Shown here: positions 49,510 through 58,940 of the stretch, in pieces
Position numbering within the stretch: the first letter of the stretch is position 1
Layout: each line of letters begins with the position of its first letter
Assembly: GCA_963832165.1 (NCBI GenBank)
Contig: CAWHTE010000007.1
Location: 608,001 to 672,000 of the forward strand
Reading direction: 5' to 3'
Origin: an uncultured delta proteobacterium
GTDB taxonomy: Bacteria; Myxococcota_A; UBA9160; SMWR01
DNA: 64,000 nucleotides
Position numbers and translations under genes: made by a program
Notes under the pieces: generated by a model
The model's input: the letters and a program-made list of their open reading frames with translations, nothing else
Told to the model about the DNA's origin: nothing
Database searches by the model: none

Positions 49510-49804
49510 TTGATTATCCCGCTCACTGCCCGGGACATCCTCCCGAGTGTGACATGAGTCGCGACCAGACCTCGAAGCCTCAGTTACAGAACTAACGAAA
49601 CGGGGAGCCGGACACGCGACGGTGTAATTCCCGGGCTCGAACCCGAATCCCGAGAGCTTCGAAACCCTGAGATACTCGCAATGCGGGCAGCAGCGTTCCC
49701 AAGCGGCGAAATCCTAGAGAGCCGCGCTCGGACGCGCCACCACCCCCCATGGAAGCCCTTCGGAGCGGAAAAATCGCGCCGCAAAAGATGCGACCTTGCG
49801 CGCG

Positions 49805-50233
49805 CTACGCGGAGCGAGTCCCGTCGATACTCCAGATGCCCGCACCGCGCGCGGAGATCAACAGGAACGCGAAGCAGTACAAGATCGCGAGCTCGCCTTG
49901 ATTGATGCTCGGGAACAGCGCGATCCAGCCGCCGCCCTGGTCGGGCGGCGCCATGAAGCGAAGTCCGTGCGCCATCCAGTACGCGGCGGCCATCAGGCCG
50001 CTGCACAGGAACGCGGCCCAGCTCGTGAACAATCCGATCATCACGAGAGCGCCGCCGATCATCTCGATCGGCCCGGCCACGTACAGCACGTGCACGGGCG
50101 GGTTGAACTCGGGCGGAATCGGCACGGGGAACCCGAACAATTTCTGGGTTCCGTGCCACAGGAACAGCAGGCCCGTCACGATGCGAAACGCCGCATACGC
50201 CTGCGACTCGAACGGACGCATGAAACCCGCCAT
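49805..50233 (-). CDS. DoxX family membrane protein
   Basis: HGTQKLFG, GLFT..AAFLCSGLMAAAY, NQGELA, GAGIWSID. Confidence 0.88.
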   Translation of the reverse strand: MAGFMRPFESQAYAAFRIVTGLLFLWHGTQKLFGFPVPIPPEFNPPVHVLYVAGPIEMIGGALVMIGLFTSWAAFLCSGLMAAAYWMAHGLRFMAPPDQGGGWIALFPSINQGELAILYCFAFLLISARGAGIWSIDGTRSA

Positions 50234-50310
50234 TGGCAAACCTCCGGGTGCACGCCCGCGAGCCGGGCGCGAGTTCGGCCGGAGTGTAGCGGCGCAGTGC
50301 GCCCTCACCG

Positions 50311-50685
50311 CTAGCTTTCGAACAAGCTCCGCACGAGCGTGGCCGCGTACTGCACGTGGTAGAGCAGCACGAGGTAGTAGGCCACGAACGCGATAAAGAT
50401 CGACACGACCGCGGTCGCGTGGTTGCGCTTCTGCCAGAGCAGCCACGACCCCATCCCCACGAGGCCGAGTTTCACGGCGATGAAGGCGAGCGCGTGGTTT
50501 TCGACGAGCCGGTCGATCATGAGGTTCGCCTCGCGGGCGAAGCCAAAGCGCACCCAGATGAGCGTGAAGACCGCATCGAGCAGGTTCAGAACGAGCACGG
50601 TCTTCACGATCCCGTGCAGCCAGCGAAAGTGCTGGGGCGTCCCGACCTGGAGCCGGAGCAGCGCGGAGGGTGTGGACGGGCCCAT
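50311..50685 (-). CDS. DUF5658-like membrane protein
   Basis: LNLLDAVFT, EANL, K in TM2. Confidence 0.7.
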   Translation of the reverse strand: MGPSTPSALLRLQVGTPQHFRWLHGIVKTVLVLNLLDAVFTLIWVRFGFAREANLMIDRLVENHALAFIAVKLGLVGMGSWLLWQKRNHATAVVSIFIAFVAYYLVLLYHVQYAATLVRSLFES

Positions 50686-50735
50686 TCCGCTGGTATCGGA
50701 GCGCGCCCGGCCGGGATTGAGCGAGACCGCGAGTG

Positions 50736-51125
50736 CTAGCGGGAGAAGAACCCCCAGATCAGCATCACGGCCGCGATCAGCGTCACGAGCGTGGTGACGC
50801 CCGCGCCGAGCCCGCGCAGCGGGTTGCGCACGTTGTCGTGCCGCAGACCGATCGGATGCGCGATCCGGGCGACCACGAGGGCTATGCCGAGGCCGTGCAA
50901 CAGCCCCGCCGAGCAGCCGTTCAGCTCCAGCGCGGCGAGCAGGATCAGCGCGAGCGGAACCGACTCGGTGAAGTTGCCGTGCCGTCGGACCGCCGTCGCG
51001 AGCACCATGTTCTCGCCGTGCAGGATCGAGATGCCCGTGCGCAGCCGGATCGGGCCGATCACGCCGCCGAGCGTGATCGCGATCAGCGCCAGGATTCCCG
51101 CGTAGAGGGCAGTGATGGGTATCAA
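50736..51125 (-). CDS. MAPEG family protein (YecN-like)
   Basis: ITALYAGIL, RRHGNFTESVP, RIAH; GAGGAGG RBS before TTG. Confidence 0.85.
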   Translation of the reverse strand: MIPITALYAGILALIAITLGGVIGPIRLRTGISILHGENMVLATAVRRHGNFTESVPLALILLAALELNGCSAGLLHGLGIALVVARIAHPIGLRHDNVRNPLRGLGAGVTTLVTLIAAVMLIWGFFSR

Positions 51126-51195
51126 GGGGCTCCTCCTCGAATGAGGGCCGCATTGGAGCAGAATTCGCCCGGATCGGGGAGTAGTTTCTAGGGCG

Positions 51196-52404
51196 ATGAA
51201 GGTCGAGATCGGCGGGGAGGCGTGCGGGCCGCTCGCGGGAATCCGCGTGTTGGATTTCACCACCGTGGTGTCGGGACCGCTATGCACCCAGGTGCTCGGC
51301 GATCTCGGGGCCGATGTCGTGAAGGTGGAAGCGCCGCGCGGAGACAGCGCGCGGCGCATGGGTCCGCCGTTTCGCGCCGGGCTAGGCCCGGTCTGGGTGC
51401 AGTTCAACCGCAACAAGCGCGCGATCGTGATCGACCTCCAGAAACCCGCCGGCGTCGCGGTCGCGCGGCGCATCGCGGCGCGCTCGGACGTGGTGGTCGA
51501 GAACTTCCGGCCCGGCGTTGCGGATCGGCTCGGCGTCGGCCACACCGCGCTCTCGGCCGAAAATCCGCGCCTCGTGTACGCCGCGATCAGCGGCTTCGGT
51601 CCCGATGGCCCTTACGCCGATCAACCCGCCTACGACACGGTGATCCAAGGACTCTCGGGCTTCATGCACACGCAGGGCACGCCCGAGCAGCCCGCGCTCG
51701 TGCGCGGAATCGCCGCCGACAAGGCCACCGGGCTCACGGCCGCGTCGGCCGTGATCGCGGCGCTGTTCGCGCGCGAGCGCACGGGGCGTGGGCAGCGCAT
51801 CGACGTGCCGATGCTCGACGCCTACGCCGCATTTGCGCTGCCGGACGTGCTGGGTCCCGAATCGTTCTATCCGGTCGAGGAGCAGCCCGCCGGGATGCTC
51901 ACGGCGACGAACATCCACCGCACCTGGCAGACCGCGGACGGCCACGTCGTGATGATGATCGTCGAGGACGCGCAGTTCTCGGCGATCTGCCGCGCGCTCG
52001 ACTGCACCGATCTCGAATCCGATCCGCGCTTCGACGGCCTGCTCTCGCGACTCGCGAACGGCGTGGCGCTCTACGATCTGCTCGAGGTCGAGCTCGCGAA
52101 GTGGAACACGGCGGTGCTCGTGGAGCGCGCGCGGCGCTTCGGCGCGCCACTGGCACCCGTGAACGGCGTGCGCGAGTTCATGGCCGATCCGCAGGTGCGC
52201 GCGAACCGCACTGTGTTCGAGGTGGAGGACCCGCGCGCAGGCACGCTGCGCCAGCTCGCGCACCCCGCGCGCTATTCCGAGACACCCGCGTCGCTGCGGC
52301 GGTTGCCTCCGCAGCGCGGCGAGCACACCGACGAAGTCCTCGCGGAGGTCGGCTACGGCGCGGTCGAGATCGGCGAGCTCCGCGCAAGCGGCGCGATCGC
52401 CTGA
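51196..52404 (+). CDS. Family III CoA-transferase (CaiB/BaiF)
   Basis: VSGP, GADVVKVE, NRNKR, ENFRPG, YDTVIQ, ADK, GEHT. Confidence 0.93.
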   Translation: MKVEIGGEACGPLAGIRVLDFTTVVSGPLCTQVLGDLGADVVKVEAPRGDSARRMGPPFRAGLGPVWVQFNRNKRAIVIDLQKPAGVAVARRIAARSDVVVENFRPGVADRLGVGHTALSAENPRLVYAAISGFGPDGPYADQPAYDTVIQGLSGFMHTQGTPEQPALVRGIAADKATGLTAASAVIAALFARERTGRGQRIDVPMLDAYAAFALPDVLGPESFYPVEEQPAGMLTATNIHRTWQTADGHVVMMIVEDAQFSAICRALDCTDLESDPRFDGLLSRLANGVALYDLLEVELAKWNTAVLVERARRFGAPLAPVNGVREFMADPQVRANRTVFEVEDPRAGTLRQLAHPARYSETPASLRRLPPQRGEHTDEVLAEVGYGAVEIGELRASGAIA

Positions 52405-52408
52405 GCGC

Positions 52409-52672
52409 TCAGATCCCGAGCCGCGCGAGCGCCTCGGCCACGGCTCCGATCGCGAGCGTGAGGCGCGGGTGGGTTTCCTCGAAGTGGCTCGTGGCGTCCT
52501 GGAGGCGGTCGGCGAGCGATTGAGGCTCGTGCTCCTCGCGCTCGATGTGCTCGCGCACGTCCGCGATCAGCTGCTCGAGGCGCTTGCGCTCGGGGGCCGA
52601 AAGCGAGGCGCTCGCGGCGAGCTCGCTGCGGAGCTGCTCCACCCTTTCGGACAAGGCGCGTCGCGACGTCAT
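52409..52672 (-). CDS. DUF4404-like protein
   Basis: FEETHPRL...LARLGI C-terminal signature. Confidence 0.78.
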   Translation of the reverse strand: MTSRRALSERVEQLRSELAASASLSAPERKRLEQLIADVREHIEREEHEPQSLADRLQDATSHFEETHPRLTLAIGAVAEALARLGI

Positions 52673-53472
52673 CGCGCGAAATGTCCCGCGCGCAGGAACG
52701 CGATCGCCTGCCGCGCCACCTCCGCGTTGCGCATGATGAATGTATGCGACACGTCCACCTCGATGAAGTCGCGCATGCCCGCGAGCTGCGTGCTCGTCAC
52801 CGACACGGTGCCGTCGTTGATACCCTCGATGAACGCCTGCCCGAGCGGGTTGATGCTTCCGGTGCCCGCGATCACACCGAGCTCGAAGTCCGCGCGCGGC
52901 AGTCGATTGGGCAGGCTCGTGGGCCCAGTGCCGAGCTGCACTGCGGTCGGCCCCATCACCAGCGCAAAGAGCTTCCAGTCGCCCGCGACGTCGACGTACT
53001 CGCTGCCGTGATTGGGCGGAGCCAGCATCACGACCCGCCCGAGCTGCGGCATGGGATGCCGCGCGAGATACGCGCGCACCATCACGCCGCCGAGCGAGTG
53101 GGTCACGAAGTGCACGCGGCCGGACCACGCGCAGCAGGCCGAGATCTCGCGGTGCAGCACCTCGACGATCGCCTCGGGCGTCTCACGCGTGGACGGATAG
53201 TCGAGGTTGTGCACTCGATAGCCCGCCTCGGCGAGGTCGCGCGCGAGCGGGCGCATCACGCGCGCACTGCGTCCGAGGCCGTGCAGCAGCACGACGTCTT
53301 CGGGCGCGGATGTCGCTACCGGGTCGGCCGCGGAATCGACCGGATCGACGGCGCGCGGATCGCGCGCGCCGCGATCGAGCTCCGCACGCGAGACTCCGAC
53401 CCCGCCCAGCAGCAGCGCGGCGCACGTCAGCGCAAGTGCGCTGCGTCTGCCGAGCTGCGAGAGGGGGGTCAC
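52669..53472 (-). CDS. Secreted lipase-like alpha/beta hydrolase
   Basis: Signal peptide, LHGL, THSLGG, APPNHGS, NDGTVS, SHTFIM. Confidence 0.88.
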   Translation of the reverse strand: MTPLSQLGRRSALALTCAALLLGGVGVSRAELDRGARDPRAVDPVDSAADPVATSAPEDVVLLHGLGRSARVMRPLARDLAEAGYRVHNLDYPSTRETPEAIVEVLHREISACCAWSGRVHFVTHSLGGVMVRAYLARHPMPQLGRVVMLAPPNHGSEYVDVAGDWKLFALVMGPTAVQLGTGPTSLPNRLPRADFELGVIAGTGSINPLGQAFIEGINDGTVSVTSTQLAGMRDFIEVDVSHTFIMRNAEVARQAIAFLRAGHFAR

Positions 53473-53530
53473 AGCGCGCAGTCTATCCGACGGCTGGCAC
53501 CGACGCGCGCGTCGGTGCCCGAGCCGGGGT

Positions 53531-53716
53531 TCAGCGCCCCAGCCGAAGGACGAGCGTGGCGCCGATCGTCTCGGCCTCGAGATTGTTCCACTGCGCGAGC
53601 AGCCGGCACCGCGTCACTTGAGCGCTTCCCGGGGAGCCCATCTTCACGCGCAGCTCGCCACCGCGGCTGCGATTCAAACGATCGATCACCTTCGACCAGT
53701 CTCTCGGCTTTCGCAC
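53531..53716 (-). CDS. Small basic hypothetical protein (61 aa)
   Basis: GGGGAGAG RBS before GTG; protein-like alpha/beta pattern. Confidence 0.55.
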   Translation of the reverse strand: MRKPRDWSKVIDRLNRSRGGELRVKMGSPGSAQVTRCRLLAQWNNLEAETIGATLVLRLGR

Positions 53717-53735
53717 GGCAGATCTCTCCCCGCCA

Positions 53736-53810
53736 GAATGAGTAAGTTGGAATGAGTAGGTTGAAATAGCAGACGCTGCTGAATAGCAGATCTGCTGAAA
53801 ATAGCATAGC
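53736..53810. promoter_or_regulatory. Tandem direct-repeat cluster
   Basis: GAATGAGTAAGTTG / GAATGAGTAGGTTG, then AATAGCAGACGCTGCT / AATAGCAGATCTGCT / AATAGCA. Confidence 0.6.
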
Positions 53811-53960
53811 GACTTTTGTCGCCCCGCTAGTCGATGATTCGGATTCTTGCGCGATAGGGGATGGGTGACGGCGGATCACACCCCCATTTTCGGGCATCGA
53901 ATCAGCAGCCGATGGAAAAAAGGCCATCGCCGTCGGAGACGCATGATCGGCGCCCGATCG

Positions 53961-53998
53961 CGTTAAGGCGGGCGTTAATCGCCGTTAATCAGCGTTAA
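53961..53998. promoter_or_regulatory. Four phased CGTTAA boxes
   Basis: CGTTAA at 53961, 53973, 53983, 53993. Confidence 0.5.
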
Positions 53999-54059
53999 GC
54001 GGCTGTTTAGCCCGCCGGTCCTTTATTGCCCCATGGCTGTCCGACCGGGCCGATATGTC

Positions 54060-54545
54060 TCAGGAATCTTCCGCTGCGTCGACCATCCAATAGCGCTGCA
54101 TCAACTCGCTCGACCAACGCGGCTGGCGCACATCCTCGCGGGGCAGGAACTCCTGCATCACGGGCTTGATGTCGAGCACGGGCGTCCCGTCGACGGCGTC
54201 GAGCTCGGCGACGTGGAGCACCCGGCCCTCGCGCCGCACGATGCGCACGATCGTGCTGCCGATCCGATTCGGACGCCCCTTGCCTCGCTGCGCGAAGATG
54301 CCCACGGCGGGCCAGGCGCGGTTGTTCCGCGGATGACGCGCTCCCGCCACGATCTTCGCGGGATCGACACGATCGAAGAAGAACAGGATCTCCGCGTGCG
54401 AGAACTGTTCGATCCCATCGAGTGCATCTGCCTCGAAGCGGGGTTCGAGCACGATCTGCGCTTCGATCCCGCCCCAGTCGTCGTCGCGCACCTCGGCGCG
54501 CGGCGAACGCACGACCGCGATCGGCTCGAGCTCGATCTTCTCCAT
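54060..54545 (-). CDS. TrmO/TsaA-like SAM-binding protein
   Basis: ALDGIEQFSH, GIFAQR..RPNRIG, LDAVDGTPVLDIKP. Confidence 0.88.
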   Translation of the reverse strand: MEKIELEPIAVVRSPRAEVRDDDWGGIEAQIVLEPRFEADALDGIEQFSHAEILFFFDRVDPAKIVAGARHPRNNRAWPAVGIFAQRGKGRPNRIGSTIVRIVRREGRVLHVAELDAVDGTPVLDIKPVMQEFLPREDVRQPRWSSELMQRYWMVDAAEDS

Positions 54546-54642
54546 CGCGCGACTCTATCACGCGCAAACCGCCGGAATCCGTGCACGTTCAGCAGCGCGG
54601 GCGTCCGGCCGAAGGAGCCCTTCTGGACCGAGGAGGACCACC

Positions 54643-54864
54643 ATGGGCAAGGCCGTCGGATTGTTGCTGGCCGTCGCCGGGATCTGGATCACGGTCGAGG
54701 TCTACACGCAGGGATACAACAACGCATTCGACGGGCGCCTCGCGTCGCTGTTCGGCAGCGAGCAAGCAGCTCCGAGCGGCACCACCCCGCAGCGCGTGGG
54801 CAATGCGGTGGGCAGGGCGCACCAGGAGCGCGACGCGCGCTACGACACGCTGATTCCCGAGTAG
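54643..54864 (+). CDS. Small membrane-anchored hypothetical protein
   Basis: GAGGAGG RBS, N-terminal TM helix. Confidence 0.65.
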   Translation: MGKAVGLLLAVAGIWITVEVYTQGYNNAFDGRLASLFGSEQAAPSGTTPQRVGNAVGRAHQERDARYDTLIPE

Positions 54865-55311
54865 CTACGCGCGGCCGAGTGCTTCGGCGCGCGCCTTGAG
54901 CGCGTTGCTCATCGCAGTGAAGCCCGCGCGAAGCCGGCGGCCGAGCAGGAGCGATACGAGCGGCGCGAGCCAGCCCGCGAGCTCGAAGTGGGAGACGTAG
55001 CGCGTGCGCGCGGGTCCCAGGGCCGTGACCTCGTGCGATCGCCGACTCACGAGCGCGCCGAGCCGCGTCGGCGGAAGCCCATAGCACAGGCGATGCCCGC
55101 GCTCGTGCTCGAGGATCTGCTCGCGCTGTGGCTGCGCGAAGCTCGCGAATAAACGCACGCGCATCGAGATGGGATCCCCGACCACGAGCGTCGACGCACA
55201 CGACGCCACGAACGGGTTCCACTCGGGATAGCTCGCGAGATCGCACACCACCGACCAGACGCGGTCGGCCGGAGCATCGACCGAGAGTACGTGATCGATC
55301 ACGAGCGGCAT
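54865..55311 (-). CDS. SRPBCC domain protein
   Basis: DAPADRVWSV..DLASYPEWNPF, MSNALKARAE. Confidence 0.85.
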   Translation of the reverse strand: MPLVIDHVLSVDAPADRVWSVVCDLASYPEWNPFVASCASTLVVGDPISMRVRLFASFAQPQREQILEHERGHRLCYGLPPTRLGALVSRRSHEVTALGPARTRYVSHFELAGWLAPLVSLLLGRRLRAGFTAMSNALKARAEALGRA

Positions 55312-55333
55312 CGCGCGCAACCCGCTGGGCGAA

Positions 55334-55723
55334 TCAGGCGGCGGCTGACGCCGCGTGCCCGCGCAGCAGCCACAGGGCGATCGCGGTCGAGCCCCATTCG
55401 AGAACGAGCGCGAATACCGTGTACGAAGTCACTTCGCCGATCGAGATCGTCGCGACGAGCCGCGCCAGCGCGAGCCCCGCGAACACGAAGCACCCCGCGA
55501 CCAGTGCGGGACGAATCAGCGCCGGGCGCAGCGTCGCCGCCAGCGCGAGCGCGCCGATCCCGGCCTGCAGACCGCCGTACATCGCGCGCAGCTCGATCGT
55601 GCCGGTTGCGGTCGACGCGGCGACGCCAGCTGCCTCCGCGAGATAGCCCGGCACGAAGAAGCAGTAGAGGCCGTACGGGAGCCAGATCAGAGCCGTGATC
55701 GCAAAGAAGATCTGGGCCGCCAT
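55334..55723 (-). CDS. DUF4345-like membrane protein
   Basis: Four TMs, ELRAMYGG. Confidence 0.75.
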   Translation of the reverse strand: MAAQIFFAITALIWLPYGLYCFFVPGYLAEAAGVAASTATGTIELRAMYGGLQAGIGALALAATLRPALIRPALVAGCFVFAGLALARLVATISIGEVTSYTVFALVLEWGSTAIALWLLRGHAASAAA

Positions 55724-55732
55724 GCGCGCAGC

Positions 55733-56350
55733 CTACCCTATGCCCTGACCGAAAGTCGCGCCCCCCGCGCGCAGAAAGGCCAGCTCCTCGGGCGTCGATG
55801 TGCGGCCGAGCGCCTGGTTGCGGTGAGGAAAGCGTCCGAAGCGCTCGATCAATGCCAGGTGCTGCCGCGCGTAGTTCGAGTAGGTCGCGAGCACCGGTTG
55901 CCAGGCCGACGGCGCTGCGCGCGCGATCCGCTCGGACAGCCGCACGCACTCGCGCTGCGCTTCGACCGACTCGCTGTGCTCGAAGGGCAGGATCAGGAAC
56001 GCCTGCTCGATCGGGGTGAGCCGGTCGAGGTGACCCGCGGCGACGGCGGCGGTTGCGGTCTCGAGCGCTTCCGAGTCATACGCGAACGCGCGCGGGCTGC
56101 CGCGCCAGACGTTGCGCGGGAACTGATCGAGCAGCACCACGAGTGCGAGTGCCGAGCGCGGATCCTGCGCCCAGTGCGCGAGTTCCCCGCGCGCGGCCGC
56201 CTCGATCGCGGCCGCGAAGCGCTCTCGCACTGCCACATCGGTCGCCGGCGACGCTTCGAACCAGAATTTCTCCCGGGCGTCCGCGCGCGCGGGATCGCCG
56301 GGCGCGTCGCCGAGCCAGAAGTCGAGCACCGATTGCGGGTCGATCGACAC
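55733..56350 (-). CDS. DUF924 family protein
   Basis: VLDFW, LDQFPRN, PFEHSE, RFGRFPHRN..LGR. Confidence 0.9.
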   Translation of the reverse strand: MSIDPQSVLDFWLGDAPGDPARADAREKFWFEASPATDVAVRERFAAAIEAAARGELAHWAQDPRSALALVVLLDQFPRNVWRGSPRAFAYDSEALETATAAVAAGHLDRLTPIEQAFLILPFEHSESVEAQRECVRLSERIARAAPSAWQPVLATYSNYARQHLALIERFGRFPHRNQALGRTSTPEELAFLRAGGATFGQGIG

Positions 56351-56428
56351 GCAGAACTCCGGAATGACGAGGTGAGCCGGGGGCGAGCGCGCAGGCTGCG
56401 CCGCGACGTTCTGCCGCCCCCGGGCTCC

Positions 56429-57859
56429 CTACTCTCGCCTTTCCCCCACCATCCCGTCGAGTCGCGCGCACAACGCCTCCACCTGGTAGCGCAGCGGTGC
56501 GCTCTCCAGGATCCGGCGCTCCACCTTGCGCACCGCGTTCGCCGCCGCGGAGTGGTCGCGGCCGAGCGCCGCGCCGATCTCCGACAGCGAAGAGCCCGTG
56601 TAGCGGTGGCACAGAAACATCGCGAGCTGGCGCGGCAGAAGCACGTCGCGGCGCCGCGAGCGCGCGGCGAGCTCGTCGGCGCGCTGCTTGAAATAGGCCG
56701 CCACCGTCTCCACCACGTCGCGGATCGCGAGCGGGTGCCGAAGACCCGGGATCGGCGCGAGCTTGCGCAGCGCGACCAGCGTGAGCTCGACGTCGATCGG
56801 GCGCTTGAGCAGCGACGCCGTCGCGACGAGCTGGATCAGCACGCTCTCGAGGTCGCGCACGCTGCCGCGCACCGATTCCACGATCATCTCGCGGCAACGG
56901 TCCGGCAGGCGAACGCCGCCGTCGGCCGCGCGCTGGCGCAGGATCTCTCGCCGCACGATCGCATCGGGAGCCTCGAGCTCGGCGACGAGTCCGGAGGAGA
57001 TCTTCGAGCGCAGCCGGGGGTCGAGCCCCTCGAGGTCGCGCGGCATGCGGTCGGCCGTGAGCACGACACGCGCCCCGACGTCGAGCAGGTGGCACAGCGT
57101 GTGGAAGAGCTCGAGCTGGGTCGCCTTTTTGCGCGCGTCGAGAAACTGCACGTCTTCGAGCACGAGCAGCCGGCATCCGTGGCGGAAGCGGCGCTTGAAC
57201 TCGTCGATGCGCCGCGACTGCAGCGAGCGCGTGAAGTCGTTCGTGAACGCCTCGGCCGAGGCGTAGATCGCGCGCGCTTCGCCGCACTGGCGCGCCTCGT
57301 TCACGATCGCGCGCGCGAGGTGGGTCTTGCCGAGACCCTGGGCGGCCGTGAGCACGAGCGGGTTCAGCGAGTGCTGGGTGCTGCGCGCGACCGCGAGCGA
57401 CGCCTCGCGCGCGAGCGCATTGCACGATCCGACCACGAAATTGTCGAATCGATACGGAAACTCGCGCTGCAGATCGGGCGCGGAGCACTGCCCGTTCCCG
57501 TTCACGGGCGGAGCCGCCGTGGGCTGGAGCCGCGGCACCGAGTTGGTCGGCGTGGGCGCCGGGTGTGCCTCGATCGGCGCACTTCGCAGCGGCGGCGCCA
57601 CCACGAGGTCCACGGCGACGGGCACGCCGGCCTCGGCTGCGGCGCAGCGCTCGATCTCGCTGAGAAAGCGCTCTCGTACGCGATCGCGGTGGAACGCGGT
57701 CGGGCAGCCCAGCGTCAGGCGATCGCCCGCTGCGCCGTCCTTCCGAGCATCGCCGCGCGGAACGAGCGGGCCGATCCACGCTTCCAGGGCGAACGGGGGC
57801 ATCTCGGCTCCGAGCCGGCGGAGGACGCCGTCCCAGAGCGTCGGGGGGGTGGTCTGCAT
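56429..57859 (-). CDS. DnaA-like protein (divergent paralog, all four domains)
   Basis: Domain I (LEAWI..L), YRFDNFVVG, NPL, GLGKTHL, LEDVQF, ELFHT, VRDLE, PRQLAM, GRDH. Confidence 0.9.
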   Translation of the reverse strand: MQTTPPTLWDGVLRRLGAEMPPFALEAWIGPLVPRGDARKDGAAGDRLTLGCPTAFHRDRVRERFLSEIERCAAAEAGVPVAVDLVVAPPLRSAPIEAHPAPTPTNSVPRLQPTAAPPVNGNGQCSAPDLQREFPYRFDNFVVGSCNALAREASLAVARSTQHSLNPLVLTAAQGLGKTHLARAIVNEARQCGEARAIYASAEAFTNDFTRSLQSRRIDEFKRRFRHGCRLLVLEDVQFLDARKKATQLELFHTLCHLLDVGARVVLTADRMPRDLEGLDPRLRSKISSGLVAELEAPDAIVRREILRQRAADGGVRLPDRCREMIVESVRGSVRDLESVLIQLVATASLLKRPIDVELTLVALRKLAPIPGLRHPLAIRDVVETVAAYFKQRADELAARSRRRDVLLPRQLAMFLCHRYTGSSLSEIGAALGRDHSAAANAVRKVERRILESAPLRYQVEALCARLDGMVGERRE

Positions 57860-58219
57860 TCCGACGATCTTTGGAGGATTACGAACGTTTTACGCCGGAT
57901 TTCCCTAAATCACCCAACCTGAACCCGGCGCGGGTCGCGAGTAGACCACTTCACCCAAATGTGCGCAAACTCGGTACCTGCCGTGAACTCCATCCCCCCG
58001 ACACCGTTCTGTAACGTTCAAACGCGGGCCCACTCCGTCGGAGGAACGCGGGTTGTTGCGAGTGAACGTGAACGAAATCCGCGCACTTCGCTCGGCTTTG
58101 GAGAAAGTGTCGCGAGTTCGTGACGGCGCGGAACCCCGCTCGTTTCGCCGGAGCCGATCTCGAAAATTCGACTTCGTTCATGTTCTTTCGACGAAATGCG
58201 CGAATTTTCAACACTCGAC

Positions 58220-58885
58220 TCAGTGGAGGTGGTGGCGGCCCCCTCCACTGCTCTCGAGCTCGAGTCGCTGGAACGAGAGCGCGCTCGCGAGCCGTGCGTA
58301 GCGCGCGGGGATGTCGTCGGCCTCGATCAGCGCCTGCTTCTCCTCGGTCGGGAACGCGAACGCGTTCGAAACGGCGTTGACGAAGGTCTCGTCGTCGACG
58401 CCTCCGAACAATTCCGGGTCGAATGCGTGCGATCTGTCGGGTTGGGCGTGGCGGATCAGGATGCCGACGTCCACGGTGATCCCGGCGCGCAGACGCGCCA
58501 CGCGGGCGCGCTCCGTCTCCGGATACGAATCCTCGAGCCGGACCACCCGCGCGACGCGATACAGGCGCGATTCGGTGCGCGGCTCCTCGGCGACGATCCG
58601 CACGCGATGCTCGCCGAGCAGCACGATGTTGTAGCGGCCGTCCGGCATGCGGTTCGATTCGGTGATCAGGCCCGAACACGCGATCGGGTAGACCGGCGGG
58701 TCGGCCGGCATCTCGTCGACGTGCTCGGGGCGCACGACCGCCATCGCGATCCGTCGGTCGGCCTGGAGCACGTCGCGGGCGAGCTGCCGGTAGCGGGGCT
58801 CGAACAGATGCAGCGGCGTCTTCACGCGCGGGAACAGCACCACGTTCGAAAGCGGGAAGATCGGCAGCAGCTCGGTCTCGCTCAC
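58220..58885 (-). CDS. LON peptidase N-terminal (substrate-binding) domain protein
   Basis: LPIFPLSNVVLFP...LHLFEPRY, DGRYNIVLLG, EKQALIE; no AAA+ or protease domain. Confidence 0.9.
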   Translation of the reverse strand: MSETELLPIFPLSNVVLFPRVKTPLHLFEPRYRQLARDVLQADRRIAMAVVRPEHVDEMPADPPVYPIACSGLITESNRMPDGRYNIVLLGEHRVRIVAEEPRTESRLYRVARVVRLEDSYPETERARVARLRAGITVDVGILIRHAQPDRSHAFDPELFGGVDDETFVNAVSNAFAFPTEEKQALIEADDIPARYARLASALSFQRLELESSGGGRHHLH

Positions 58886-58940
58886 GGCGTCACGTTACCA
58901 AAGGGGGTGCGTTCCGATCGGTTGACGGCTCCCGGCTGCA

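Noticed and set aside
49625..49690. tRNA-like GGGTTCGAGCCC arm on the minus strand (also near 49160)
   Set aside because: No matching acceptor stem, D-arm or anticodon arm.
58000..58190. GAAC/GTTC repeats as LexA boxes
   Set aside because: Spacings do not match the LexA box consensuses I know (GAAC-N4-GTTC, GTTC-N7-GTTC).
57860..58219. oriC upstream of the DnaA-like gene
   Set aside because: No TTATCCACA-type boxes or clear unwinding element seen, and no dnaN nearby.
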